63,951 nucleotides of DNA, filler included, from Reclinomonas americana ATCC 50394 (GCA_048213135.1; 43 parts of 43 records of this genome joined end to end with filler, not necessarily neighbours in it); one strand, 5' to 3'. Counted from the first letter of the whole stretch, positions 12,002 to 24,185 are shown. Made by a program: numbers and translations. Notes: generated from the sequence alone by a model not told the origin.

Positions 12002-13328
12002 GTGGCCTTGAAGCGAGCCTCAGCGGCGTCGGACTCGGCGCGGTTCTGCTCCGACGACTCCTTCAGCTTCTGAATCTGAGCCTCGAGCTCGACCGTCTGC
12101 AAGTACTTTTGCTGCATCGGCTCGCGGAACTTGTTCAGGCTGTCGCGGATGGCGCGCTGCGACGACTTGAGGTCCTTCAGCGCCACGCTCTGCTCCTCCA
12201 CAAAGCTGCAAGAGGAGAGCGAGAGCGAGAGAGAGATCAGCATGCAGTTGTCACATCGGAGAAACCAAAAAAGGCGACTTAACTGCACATCCTCGCGGGC
12301 GTCCTTCAGGCGGCGCAGCTTCTTGATGGCCTGCTGCTCGGCAGCCGGGCTGGCCATCTCACCAGCGTTCATCATGGCCTCCAGCTCAGCAATAGTGCTC
12401 TCCAGGTGCTGCGACGACTTGAACTCGGTGCTCTTCTTGATCGAGGTGACGCGGTTGGTGATCTGCTTCTCCTTGGCCTCGAGCTCGTCGAGGGCGCCGC
12501 GCAGCTCATCGCGCTCCGCCTTGTGCGCCTTCAGCTGGTCGCGCAGCTCCTTGATCTGCTTGTTCAGCGGCTCAATGCGCTCGCGCACCTCGGCCGGCAG
12601 ACCCTTGCCGCCCTTGGAGGCCGGGCGAGACTTCATCCAGTTCTCGCGCACCGACTTGAGCTCCGCAATCAGCTGCTCGCGGCGGGCATCGCACTCCTTG
12701 CTGCGCGCCTCCAGGGCCTCGCGGTCTGGGCGCGCGTAGCTGCAACGAGGAAGAAGAGGGGGCGGGAGGTGTGTGTGAGTTCACACATGTCCATGGCGGG
12801 AAACCACCCGCACAAACCGAAACCTCGCTCTCTTCTCTTCACGTGTGTGCATGCAGCTTCGTTGCGAGTGCGTGCGTGTGACGCGCGCGACGACGGACAA
12901 GAGAAGCAAAGAGAGAGGCAAAAGAGTGCGGCAGAACCTCGTTTGTTTTCCCCGAGACGCGTGCCTGACGACATGCGGACATGTGCAAACCCCCCCGCAC
13001 ACACACACACACATAAACTCTCTCCCTCTCTTCCACTCACTCACCGCTTGGGCGCTGGCGGCTCGATCAGCGGATCGGGGAAGACAAAGTTTGCGCGCGG
13101 CGGGCGTGGCTGGCGAGGGCCACGGCCTGCGGCGGGCGCGGCGGCCGAGCCCGAAGCACCCGAGCCCGACGCACCGCCTTCCTCGGCGTCACCCGCCTCA
13201 GCCGCCACCGCGTCGGCGTCCTCCTCCTCGTCGTCGTCGACGCGCTCGTGCTCACGAGGGTCGTCGCCGAGCAGGTCGCTGGCGTCCAACTCCTCCTCGT
13301 GCACAATGGGGTCTTCTGAGCCCGACAT
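12002..13328 (-). CDS. Coiled-coil protein, Bfr1/proton-pump-interactor-like, spliced, 5' part
   Basis: ATG 13328; exon 2 RPDREALEARSKECDARREQLIAELK; FKSSQHLESTIAELEAMMNAGEMASPAAEQQAIKKLRRLK. Confidence 0.55.
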
Positions 13329-13841
13329 GGTGTGTATGTGTGGTGGTGGTGGGGGTGGTGGCGGGTTAACCGACGGGGGATAACGGGGTGTGTGTGTNNN
13401 NNNNNNNNNNNNNNNNNNNNNNNNNNNNNNNNNNNNNNNNNTTAATTAATTAANNNNNNNNNNNNNNNNNNNNNNNNNNNNNNNNNNNNNNNNNNNNGAG
13501 AGAATGGGGGAGAGAAGGGGGAAGAAAACGGGAGACAAGGGGGAGAAGGGGGAAGAGAGGGGGGGAGTGAAGGGGGGAGAAGGGGAAGAGAAGGGGGAAG
13601 AGCAAGGGGGAAGTGAAGGGGAAGTGAAGACATGGAGAGAGAGAGGCGGCTTATAGGGAAGAGAGGGGAAAGAGAAGTGAATGACATGGCGGAAGGGAAG
13701 GAAAAAAGGGCGAGAGAGGAGAAAAAGGAAAGGAGACGGGAAAGAAAGGAGTGGCGAGAAAGAGAGACAATGAAAGGGAGACGGACAACGACAACAGAGG
13801 CCTTTGATTGACTGGCGCGTGTCCCAAAGAGGTCGACAAAC

Positions 13842-14589
13842 CTGTGACGGCAGGAATGTTGCAATGACATTCTGGCTCTGCAGCGGCAACAGCACGCCCT
13901 TGAACGGCCGCGCGGAAAAGTGTGCAATCTTGCCGAACTCATAGTCGACATTGAGCTCGTCGCTGTCGTTCTTGATGGTGAACATTATGTCGACGCGCTG
14001 ATTCGACGACGACTCGCCAAAGCGGAACGAGTTTTGCGAGAGGCTCAGTTTTGGTCGGTGGGCCTGAATCGAGCATGCAATGTGTGAGAGGCACGAATAC
14101 GGAAGGACACTCCCGCCAGGTCACAAACCTTGCCACTGGCCTTCACCACCAGCTGCTGGTCGGTCTCCAACACCGAGAATGTGAGGCTGGTGTTGAAATC
14201 CTCCACGTCGCTGCCGGTGGTCTGGCTCTTCCAGCCGGTGCGGTTCGACGGCTTGACGGGCGGACAGAAGTGGATCTGCACCGGGATCTGACCGTAGGCG
14301 GGAATGTTGCCCTCGTTTCTGTGCCGCATGGAGAGAGAAAGAGAGTGAGCTCCTCCTCCTTCTCCTCCTGCAGCACCCTGCAACATGCGACGCAACGGTT
14401 CGACAACATAAATGGGTTGCGGGTCTCCAGCCGAGGCACCTGGTTCCGAGCCGCCAGTGTCGATCTCGCCAGACATCAATTCGTCGGAAGAGGAGGTGAC
14501 AGCAAACGACGCGGCCGTGGGTGAGTTGTTGGCCAGGATGGCGGAAATGGTGCGGCTCTGTCCGTAGAATGCCGACGGGAAGTACAGGG
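13842..14589 (-). CDS. CFAP47: Cilia- and flagella-associated protein 47-like (ASH/Ig-like domains), internal exons
   Basis: IKNDSDELNVDYEFGKIAHFSARPFKGVLLPLQSQNVIATFLPSQ resembles CFAP47 (KNQCELLPVTYHFKKTANFEIDPEKGKI...FVPHQ); upstream FYGQSR..ILANNSP. Confidence 0.7.
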
Positions 14590-14856
14590 CTGCATCAATA
14601 AAGGAAAAGAGAACGCGTGAGTATGGTAAACTCTCAGTGTGTGAAAGAGAAACACGGTGGGCAGGAATGGACGCAAAGAGTGGAAGAGAAAGGCAATCTC
14701 TTGCGTCTTCCGCGCTCTCGCTCCCTCTCCCAGTCTCTTACACGCACAATCTCACAGTCTTGCATGTCCTTCTTACAGCTCTTTTGTGTCTCTCAGTTCT
14801 CGCACACACAGTAACTTATCCACTTGCTCGTGCCTCTCATTCCTTCCATGCTACCA

Positions 14857-14898
<42 letters not shown>

Positions 14899-14998
14899 NN
14901 NNNNNNNNNNNNNNNNNNNNNNNNNNNNNNNNNNNNNNNNNNTTAATTAATTAANNNNNNNNNNNNNNNNNNNNNNNNNNNNNNNNNNNNNNNNNNNN

Positions 14999-15604
14999 AC
15001 GCCGATGCAGCGCGGTTCCAACCGAGACGTGCTGGAGGCGCAGCTCTGCGAGTTGTGCGTGCAGTGCGACGGCAGCACTGCGCTGTGGGACGCTGTGGCG
15101 GCGGGCGTTGACATTGCGAAGCAGAAGCACGGGCGAGACGTGCTCAAGGCGCGGCAGACACGCCAGGAGATGAAGGAGCGCTCCTACTTGCTGCTGGTGC
15201 TGACGGACGGCAGCGACAACAGCTCATCTCGCAAGGCGGCCGAGGTGAAGGAGTTGCTGGCGCACTCCGGCGTGCCGCACTTCCGTTGCTGCTTCATGAG
15301 CATCGACCTGGGCGCCTACGAGCGCCGTGCCTTGGAAGACGTCACACAAGACCTGCATCACGTGTTCCACCAGGAGGTGGGGGCGGGCGGCGACGACGCG
15401 CAGCTCGACTTCAACATCCGATCGACGGTGATGCAGACGATTCGCGTGGCGCGCCGGGTGCTGGTCGAGGTGGAGACCGTCCGGCGTGAGCGCGAGCTCC
15501 CGACGGTCTGCACCACGACCACCACCTCCACCGCCGCTGCTGGCCGACGGCCTGCCGGGCCCGGGTCTCTCGGTGGCCGTGTCCGCGATCGCTCCGGATC
15601 GTAG
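14999..15604 (+). CDS. von Willebrand factor A domain protein, 3' part
   Basis: GSTALWDAV...YLLLVLTDGSDNSS vWA MIDAS T and D elements. Confidence 0.8.
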   Translation, partial: TPMQRGSNRDVLEAQLCELCVQCDGSTALWDAVAAGVDIAKQKHGRDVLKARQTRQEMKERSYLLLVLTDGSDNSSSRKAAEVKELLAHSGVPHFRCCFMSIDLGAYERRALEDVTQDLHHVFHQEVGAGGDDAQLDFNIRSTVMQTIRVARRVLVEVETVRRERELPTVCTTTTTSTAAAGRRPAGPGSLGGRVRDRSGS

Positions 15605-15897
15605 GAGCAACCGCGCAGTGCCTGCTCCTCGTGTTTGTTCCCCCCTTTTGTACATTCATCCATAGATAGCAGCAGACCCACTCTCCGGAGACTGCTGCGA
15701 CCATAACAATGATAGAAAAACTGTAAAACAGGAATGCATAATGATGATCCACGCTGCAAGAATACAGCCCCCAGGGAAACAGCGTGTAAACGACGAGGAG
15801 AGAGAGCGTCGAACGCCGGAGGGGACTGCAATTTCGTTCATCCATCATCACCAAGCAGCGCGCACACACCACCGCCTCTTTTTCTCATCGCGCCACG

Positions 15898-16330
15898 ATG
15901 ACAACGGGTGCGTGCACACCTACAGATACATACATGCATGCTTCCGCCCTCTCACGATCTCTCACTCCTCCGCTTTGCACACTGCTGCTGCTGCTGCAGT
16001 GGTCGTCAGCAGCGACGGCGACTTTGTGCGTCTCTCCAGCGACGCCTCGCTCTCCGTGGCACCGAGGCTCACAGAGGATGAGCAGCTGCTGGTGAGTGAC
16101 TGCGTGCACGACAACTGACTTCGGCAACTCTCACACTCTCGCGCGCTCAGGTGATTCACCAAATGCGCCTGTATCAACCCTCAGTGTGGCGACGCATTCT
16201 GTTCACGCTGGTGCTGCTGTGCACCGGTGGCCTCTTTTACATCCTCGTGCACTGGTACGCTCGATTGCGCGTGGTGATGACGCATCGACGATGCCGAACC
16301 GTGCACGAAGCCACCGGAGTTCTCGCGCTT
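15898..16330 (+). CDS. P5B-type ATPase (ATP13A-like), N-terminal exons
   Basis: Spliced MTTVVV...EDEQLLVIHQMRLYQPSVWRRILFTLVLLCTGGLFYILVHWYARLRVVMTHRRCRTVHEATGVL matches the P5-ATPase N-terminal hairpin. Confidence 0.75.
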
Positions 16331-16495
16331 GTTGCGTGACTCCCTCCTCCCCTCACGCACACCCTTCCTTCTTTTCTGACGGCACGGCATGGTGTNNNNN
16401 NNNNNNNNNNNNNNNNNNNNNNNNNNNNNNNNNNNNNNNTTAATTAATTAANNNNNNNNNNNNNNNNNNNNNNNNNNNNNNNNNNNNNNNNNNNN

Positions 16496-17750
16496 TCGGA
16501 GCCACATTGGTGATGGTGGTGAAGGATACGGTGGCGCCATTGATGGTGCTGGGGGTGGAGGTTACACCGACGGCGCGATAGTAGTACGTCCAGTTGCTCA
16601 CCAATCCAGTCAGTGAGGTGGTGACTGAAGTGACCAGAGAGCCGGTGGCGGTGAGAGCGGGGAATGTGGCCGACAACGTCTGCGACGCCAGCGAGAGACG
16701 TCGGATGATGTGCGTGGTGTAATCGGCAACCAGCACCGATGCCGTCGATGCATCAAATGCAACAAATTGCGGCGAGTTGAAGCGCGCCACGGTCAGTGCG
16801 CTACCGGCGGCTGAGCCAGTCACGCCCGCTGCGCCGCCGATCGTTGTCACCGCCGAGTCTGACAGTCGGAGTTGCCGAATGGTGTTGTTGGCAGACTACA
16901 GTCGCACGTCAGACAGAATCATGAAAAGAATGACGGCTCCGCATGGGGGGAGTGGGGGGAGATACACAACATCGGCGATATAGATGACGTTGTTTCCAGG
17001 TTCGTATGCCAGTCCGATTGGCGTGCTGAAGCGGGCAGCCGTTCCTGGTGTGCATCGATCAGTATGTATACAAACAATCACACTGAGTAGCCCATGGTGC
17101 ACTCACCGGTGGCATCTGTGGATCCAGACGCGCCGCTCGTTGAACCTGCCACCGTCGTCACCGTCATCGCCACCGTGTCAATGGTGCGGATGGAGTTGTT
17201 ATTGCGATCGACTGCACTCAAGCACACGAAAACGGAGATGAGAACGGGATGAACGGCATCTCTCTGCCTCCTCTCACACAGAGTGCTCACCAACATACAG
17301 CTTGGATCCGACGAGCAGCACGCCATTGGGACCACCGAATCGCGCCGTTCCCACACACGCGCCATCGGCAGTGCCACTCATGCCAGCAGTGCCGCAGAAG
17401 GTCGTCACCGCACCAGCGTAGGTCACTTGTCGAATGGTGTTGTTGAGCCAGTCGCCCACATACACCACTTGGTTCGTGGCATCCACCGCCACACCCGCAG
17501 GCTGACTGAACGAGGCTGCTGCGCCAGAGCCGTTGGCACTCCCCGACGCGCCGTTTCCCGCCAGCGTGGTGACAACGGCCGCCGCGGTGACGGCGCGTAC
17601 AGCGTGGTTCGTCAACTATGGGAGAGAGACGAAGAGTGCCAGAGTCAGCAAAATGCGTCAAGCTTTGATCATGCATGCCAGTATGCACACTCACATCGGC
17701 GACATACATCGTTCCCGTGGTTTGGTCAATGGCGAGGCCGGCAACACTGC
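16496..17750 (-). CDS. NHL-repeat beta-propeller protein followed by an FN3-like domain, spliced, internal
   Basis: TTLAGNGASGSANGSGAAASFSQPAGVAVD, ARFGGPNGV, ARFSTPIGLAY, ARFNSPQFVAFD; LTGLVSNWTYYYRAVG. Confidence 0.85.
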
Positions 17751-17777
17751 GTGTGCGTGAGCGAAGGGAGGGAGGGC

Positions 17778-17779
<2 letters not shown>

Positions 17780-17847
<68 letters not shown>
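17780..17847. repeat. (GA)n microsatellite; similar (GA/CT)n tracts end many contigs (e.g. 14861, 20808, 23972, 31181, 49268, 59644)
   Basis: Direct reading. Confidence 0.97.
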
Positions 17848-17851
<4 letters not shown>

Positions 17852-17991
17852 GAGGAGGAGGAGGAGGACGTACGTACGTTACGTACGTACGNNNNNNNNN
17901 NNNNNNNNNNNNNNNNNNNNNNNNNNNNNNNNNNNTTAATTAATTAANNNNNNNNNNNNNNNNNNNNNNNNNNNNNNNNNNNNNNNNNNNN

Positions 17992-19201
17992 TCGCTCCGT
18001 CCTCGCCGAAACCCTCCATGTGGTGACCAAACAGACTGCGATCGCCGTATTCGTGTCGAATGAATGCCTCAAAAGACAGGATCACGTCACGCCCGTGCTC
18101 CTCTACGCAGCACGTGAGTGAGTGGCCAACAACAAAGTGACAGCACGAAACGGTAGTAGTGAGGCAACGCACCAGTGCACGCCAACTGCTTGGCCAGCAG
18201 ATTCATCAGCTGCGTCAAATACGTCATGGGCTCGGTCTTGCGAGCATCCGCCACTCCGTACGACATCATCAAAGATGTCAGGTCATTCCCGCTGGCATCC
18301 TCCTCCTCCATGGCCTCGGCCTCTTCCACCTGCTCGACATGTCCCTCTCCATCATCGGCATCTCCCTCCGCTTCCTCCTCGCTCTCGCCCTCTTCTTCTT
18401 CCTTCTCTTCCTCCTCATCGTCGTCGTCATCGTCATCATCCTTGCCGTCTTTGGCATTCTTCTTATCCGCTCGCTTGGTCAGAGCTGCACAGTGTCACGT
18501 GATGAGCAGGCCGCCACACGGCGGATTGTTCTTCTGCAGCTGCACGTAACTGAGGCGAATCATGTCGTCGACGCGCGGCCACACGGCGCTCCAGTACATT
18601 TCACCGTCAAAGTTGCAAATGTTGGAGAGTGTACCAATCACAGATGACCACACCATCGACAACTTGGTGTGCAACGCTCCTACAAGCACCAAGAAAACAC
18701 AAACGATACCAATTCAGCGCACGCGCAATAGAGGCGAGTTGTTGGCGTCATGCTGCGCGCACTCACCAAGGAGGAATTGTACACACGCGATGCACAAGGG
18801 CCGCGGCACAAAGCCGCTAAGCACCAGCGCACATGCACGCTCCATTGTCGTCGACTTGTGGCGGTACGTCTCGAATGTGGGCTCCACTGTCTCCGCCTCC
18901 AGGCAGAGCAAAAGCACGGGGCAGGCGCCGGTGAGATTCGACGGCGCTTCGCACTCAAGTGTGGCTGTCACAGCGGCGTCGTCTATCGCCTTGGGCAGCA
19001 GGAACGGCAGCTGGTCGAAGAGCGAGACGATTCGCAGCGACACCAGTCGCACTTGATGCGAGCCGGCGCTAAAGTTGGTGGACATGACCGGCGACGAAGG
19101 ATCGGCGGCCGCATACATCGGGTCGATCTTTGGCGTACAGAAGAGTTCCAGGAGTCGCTCCAGCGCCTCGGTGGTGAACAGCCTGTCGTTCTTCTTACGC
19201 C
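17992..19201 (-). CDS. UTP20: U3 snoRNA-associated protein 20 (small-subunit processome), internal exons
   Basis: NFSAGSHQVRLVSLRIV; CLEAETVEPTFETYRHK; QFLLG|ALHTKLSMVWSSVIGTLS...YWSAVW resembles UTP20 (YLLGMLYINFSALWDPVIELIS...FWKVYY). Confidence 0.72.
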
Positions 19202-19277
19202 TGGGGGAGAAAAGAGAAATGAGGAAGAGAGAAGAAAGTGTGCGACACAGAATCAGGGAAAGAGAGAGAGAGAGAGA

Positions 19278-19387
<110 letters not shown>

Positions 19388-19859
19388 NNNNNNNNNNNNN
19401 NNNNNNNNNNNNNNNNNNNNNNNNNNNNNNNTTAATTAATTAANNNNNNNNNNNNNNNNNNNNNNNNNNNNNNNNNNNNNNNNNNNNGGAGGAGAAGGGA
19501 CGAGGAAGGGGAAGAGGAAGGGGAGAAGAAAAAGAGGAAGAGGAGGAGGAGGAGGAGGAGGAGGAAGGAAGAAGAGGCAGAAGAAGAGGTGACTTTGGAC
19601 GACGAGAAGAAAGGCAGCGACCGTGTTGGGAAAATAAGAGAAAGAAGAAGAAGAAAGAAGATAGTACAGAAGGAGGAGAAAGAGAGAGAGAGAAGAAGAA
19701 GAAGAAGAAGAGGAAGAAGAAAGCCAACTTCTGAAGAAGTAAAGGAAGAAGAAGAAGAAGAAGAAGAAGAAACTGACGAAGTGAAGGAGAGAGGAAAAAG
19801 CAGAAAAGCAGCAGCAATAGCGACTGAGTAGAACACGATAGAGGATGATGATGCGTCAC

Positions 19860-20564
19860 CTGCAAGTGCATGGCAAATGGCTGCTTCCCATGTCGCGACG
19901 ACTGCGTCAGGAACTGCACCGTCGTGCGTCCCTTGTACCCCGCCTGGTTCTGCTGCAGAGTGAAGAACGCGCAGTCCACTGCCTCCTTAACTCTGCACCA
20001 CCATCATCAACGAGTTAGACTCTCACGATGGAGACAAGTCCGTCATGTGTGCACGCAACTGGTGCCCGCCCACAGTTATGACAATGTCGACGCGCAGCTG
20101 TTGCGGCAACGCGAAGAGACGCCACGTCGCCGGTGTGAAGTCGAGTTGCACGTCGTACTTGTAGGGCGCCTGAGAGAGAGAAAGAGAGGTGAGTGCGTGG
20201 ACACATGATGTGTGCGTCGGGCAGCTAAGCGTACCGAGCACATGAAGCCCTCCTCGCCGAGTGGCAGCTGCGGCCGGAAGCACTTGTCCGAACTCTTCGC
20301 TGGCTTCCACAGCAGCTGCAGCACATCGCTGCCGAAGGGTGGCGGAGGAGGAGGAGGAGGCGATGCAGCAGAAGACAATGCCGAGGACACGACAGGCAGC
20401 GGCGGTGGTAGCGGAGGCAATGCTGCAGCTGGCAGCGGTGGTGGTGGCGGCATCAGCAAAACCTCCGGAAGTCCACCCAGCAGGAGAGGGTGAGGGAGCG
20501 GTGACGGCATCTCGTCAAAGCCAAACGAGCAAACATCCGGCCAAAGATCAGCGCTCCACGCCAT
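19860..20564 (-). CDS. Hypothetical protein with Pro-rich N-terminus and a beta-rich domain, possibly an Ig-fold DNA-binding domain; spliced
   Basis: ATG 20564 MAWSADLWPD; exons APYKYDVQLDF... and GRTTVQFLTQSSRHGKQPFAMHLQ bounded by GT/AG. Confidence 0.5.
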
Positions 20565-20804
20565 GGTGAGAAACAGAAAGTGTGTCGGGAATGGTGGCGG
20601 CAGGTTTTTTGATATCGGGCGTGACAACTAGTGGTGGGTTTGTTGGATCTGCCCGACGTAACCCAATGTGGATCTGCCCCATGAGGCCAGTCGTCAAAAG
20701 GTGTGCACGGTGCGTGTTTGGAATGAGGGGAGGGAGGGAGGGAGGAGGAGAGAAAGAGAAAGAAAGAAAGAAGAACGGGAGAGGGAGACAGAAAGAAAAA
20801 AAAA

Positions 20805-20878
<74 letters not shown>

Positions 20879-20986
20879 AGGAAAGGNNNNNNNNNNNNNN
20901 NNNNNNNNNNNNNNNNNNNNNNNNNNNNNNTTAATTAATTAANNNNNNNNNNNNNNNNNNNNNNNNNNNNNNNNNNNNNNNNNNNN

Positions 20987-22183
20987 ACAATGGGGTGGGA
21001 CACTCTCTTGCCTTGTGCCCTCTCCCTCCACAGTTGAAACACACCGCCTCTTTCTTCTCTTCTCCGCTTTCTCCTCCTCTCTCCTCTTTCTCTTTCTCTG
21101 CTTTACCTCCCTTTCTTCCCTTCCACTCCCTTCTCCCATTCCCATCCCTTCTCTCTTCTCTCTTCTTCGGATTTTTGTCTAGATACATAGCTGTTTCCAT
21201 ACCCTCTCCCAGGGACTTGTTGGTGTAATTGTTGGGGTGCATATCCAGTGATACCTCCACTTGCCACTTGTTGATCATAAATTCCTTGACAAATTGGTAG
21301 TGGTGGGTGAGGTCTGGCTTGAGAACTGTTGCCTCCAGCACCATCTTCTTCCACTTCTCATCTAACCTCTTCAGCAGCATGGATGTCTTCTCCTTGTCCT
21401 CAAAAACCACTCCATACTCTCTCGCCGTCCTCTCCAACTTCTCTAACTTCTCAAATTGGGGGATGGGGTTTTTAGAACTGTCAAAGGCTAGCTGGGCATA
21501 ACGCTCTCTGTGGTTGAGCTGGGCAACATCACCTGTAAAGATGTATCTACTCCTCACCTCTTCTATCACGTCCGCAACATAGTTACACTCCTGGACAAAA
21601 TCCTTCAATCCCACTGGCACACACTCTACTAGCGCTCCACACACTCTCCTATTCATACTCTCCCACTCCACTACTGTTGGTCTCTCATCCCTCCTAACTC
21701 TCTTTCTCCTTGGCTTCCTCTCCCTCTCTATCACCTCCTTCCTAATTCTCTCCTTCTCCTCATACTCATCTCTCTTCTGTATCCACTCATTTAACCCATC
21801 CAAATAAATGTTCTTCGCTTCTGCATACTTGCTCTTGGCCAACATGTAGTTGTCATAGTAGATGGCCTTCTGTCTGGCCTCTGACTCCCTGAGTTCAGTG
21901 TCCGTGGGGATAGGCCTGTAAACAAAAGGTTGGGGGGGGCAGGTTTATTTGGTTTCCTGGGGGAAGGGGCGTCAAATGGGGTGTAGGTGTAGATGGGTAT
22001 AGGGGGGTCACCCTCATCAGGGCTGTAGTTGTCTTCCACTCTCTCCATCTCCTCTCTAGTGTTCAGCACAAAATCCACTCCCTCTGCCTTCAACAAGGCT
22101 CGGAGGCTCTTGATCCAAATATCCACATTTGCACTCTCTCCAAATGGTAAAAGTTTCTTGTTGAATTTGCCTAACTTGACCAT
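20987..22183 (-). mobile_element. LTR retrotransposon gag (Ty1/copia-like) with CCHC zinc knuckle; 1-nt frameshift at the homopolymer 21932..21939
   Basis: N-terminal FGESANVDIWIKSLRALL; UBN2-like DKEKTSMLLKRLDEKWK; CFNCGGRGHKARECP; intronless, purine-rich coding strand. Confidence 0.82.
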
Positions 22184-22486
22184 GTTGGTGGTTATGTGTT
22201 ATTGGGGTTAGCTTGATGATTTTGGGGTTAATTGGGGTTAGGGCTGCAGGTTCCAAACCAAAGTGAGATGGGTACCAACAACCAAATGCAAGATGGGTAC
22301 TGGCTGGAAGAGGAAAAAATTTGGGGGGGGGTGAGAGAGGATTAGGTAAGATTTGATGGATTTGACAGCTGTCNNNNNNNNNNNNNNNNNNNNNNNNNNN
22401 NNNNNNNNNNNNNNNNNTTAATTAATTAANNNNNNNNNNNNNNNNNNNNNNNNNNNNNNNNNNNNNNNNNNNNTCGCTCTCTCTCG

Positions 22487-22528
<42 letters not shown>

Positions 22529-22680
22529 CTCCCTTCGCTTCTTTCTCTTTCGCTTCCCTCATTCACTTCCTTCCTTCCCTTCTCACCTCCCTCACCCTCT
22601 CCCTCCCCTTCCCCTCCTTCTCCCCTCTCCCTCCCCCTTCCCCCCCTCTACCCCCCTCCCTCACTCCTACCTCCCCACAG

Positions 22681-23869
22681 CTCACCGGCAAAACCTACAC
22701 CGTATTCGGCCGCGGTGGCGATCAACCGCAGCCCGGCATGGCCCAACGCGTGCTCAGTGCCGTCTTCAAGGCACTCAAAGTTGTGCCCTATGTCCCCCAT
22801 ATCCCCCTTTCGACCCTTCTCCCTGACTTCACCCACGCAGGAACGCAACGCCGCATCGCAGGCCCCCGCCGACATTCGCGTCTCCTTTGTGGCCATCAAT
22901 CCCGACTCGATGGAGGACCTGCTGACGCGCTCCTCACACGATCGACGCCCCTCGTCGGCCGCCATCTCGCCACTGAGTTCCGCCAGCACCACCTCGAGTG
23001 TCAGCGGTGGCGGGCGTCCGCGTTCCAGCTCACAGTCGCGCGATCGTTCGCCGTCGCTGAGCGGCGCTGCGCCTCCCGCGATGCTGCCGGGGTTGATTAG
23101 TGGTGCCGGTGCCGCATCATCCACACCCACGTCGTCGTCGACTCCTTCAGCGGCCGCCACCGCCGCCGCCGCCGCTGGTGGCAGCAGCAGTCAGCCGCTG
23201 CGCATTCGTGGCTCCACCGCACTCGGCTTCCACGTCGACGGCCTGACGCGCAAGGTTGTGCGCAATCCGAATCACGGCGTCGAGTTGCGTGCCTTTTCTC
23301 CTTCCTCTCATGTTTTTGCAGTTTTTGCTCAACACGTCGCCTCCCGCAGCCTCATCGCCAACTCACTGCACCGCGTAATGGAACGCGCACGGCGGCGACG
23401 CACGGGCGACGGCACGACACGACAGACGCACTACGTGTTCTCTGTGCACCTGCGGCAGTCGATTCCTCGCAGCAGCCACAACCTCCTCAGCACCTTCCAC
23501 CTGGTGGACTTGGCCGGCACCGGGCAGACCAAGGACAACAAGGACATTTTGACGCTCTCGCGCATCATTCTGTCGCTGAGCCAGGGCGGGACCATCAACC
23601 GCGCCGCCGTGCCCTTCCGAGAATCGAAGCTGACGTCGTACCTGCACAACGCATTTGGCGGAAACAGTCGGACGCTGATGATTGCGCACGTCGCACCGTC
23701 GACGGAGACTGGTAAGGAGACGCAGAACACGCTGCGGTATGCCGAGCAGGCGCGCCAGATTGTCAACTACCCACAAATCAACGAGTGCGAAGAGGAGATT
23801 GACGAGGGTCGAGTGCGTGCTCTGGAGAAGCGCATCGAGGACCTGGAATCGACACTAGACGACTACGAT
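22681..23869 (+). CDS. Divergent kinesin motor domain protein, spliced (introns 22780..22840, 23284..23349)
   Basis: P-loop TGKTYT, LVDLAG, VPFRESKLT, FGGNSRTLMIAHVAP, ETQNTLRYA. Confidence 0.92.
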
Positions 23870-23969
23870 NNNNNNNNNNNNNNNNNNNNNNNNNNNNNNN
23901 NNNNNNNNNNNNNTTAATTAATTAANNNNNNNNNNNNNNNNNNNNNNNNNNNNNNNNNNNNNNNNNNNN

Positions 23970-24076
<107 letters not shown>

Positions 24077-24185
24077 TTCTCTCTCTCTCTCTCCCACTCT
24101 CTCATTCTCTCGCCTCTCTATCTCTTGTCTATCTGTCTATCTCTTCTCTCTCTGTCTATCTCATTTCTCTCATGCACACACGAAC

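Noticed and set aside
19432..19836. Poly-S/L/F, ERER and VCVC ORFs in the ORF track
   Set aside because: Translations of microsatellites, purine tracts or antisense shadows of GC-rich genes
21920..21945. Programmed -1 ribosomal frameshift in gag
   Set aside because: No canonical X XXY YYZ heptamer in frame, unusual position early in gag, and a homopolymer error is simpler
22250..22310. Possible primer-binding site and LTR end upstream of gag (repeated GATGGGTAC, TGGT motifs)
   Set aside because: No match to a tRNA 3' end can be confirmed by eye and the second LTR is absent
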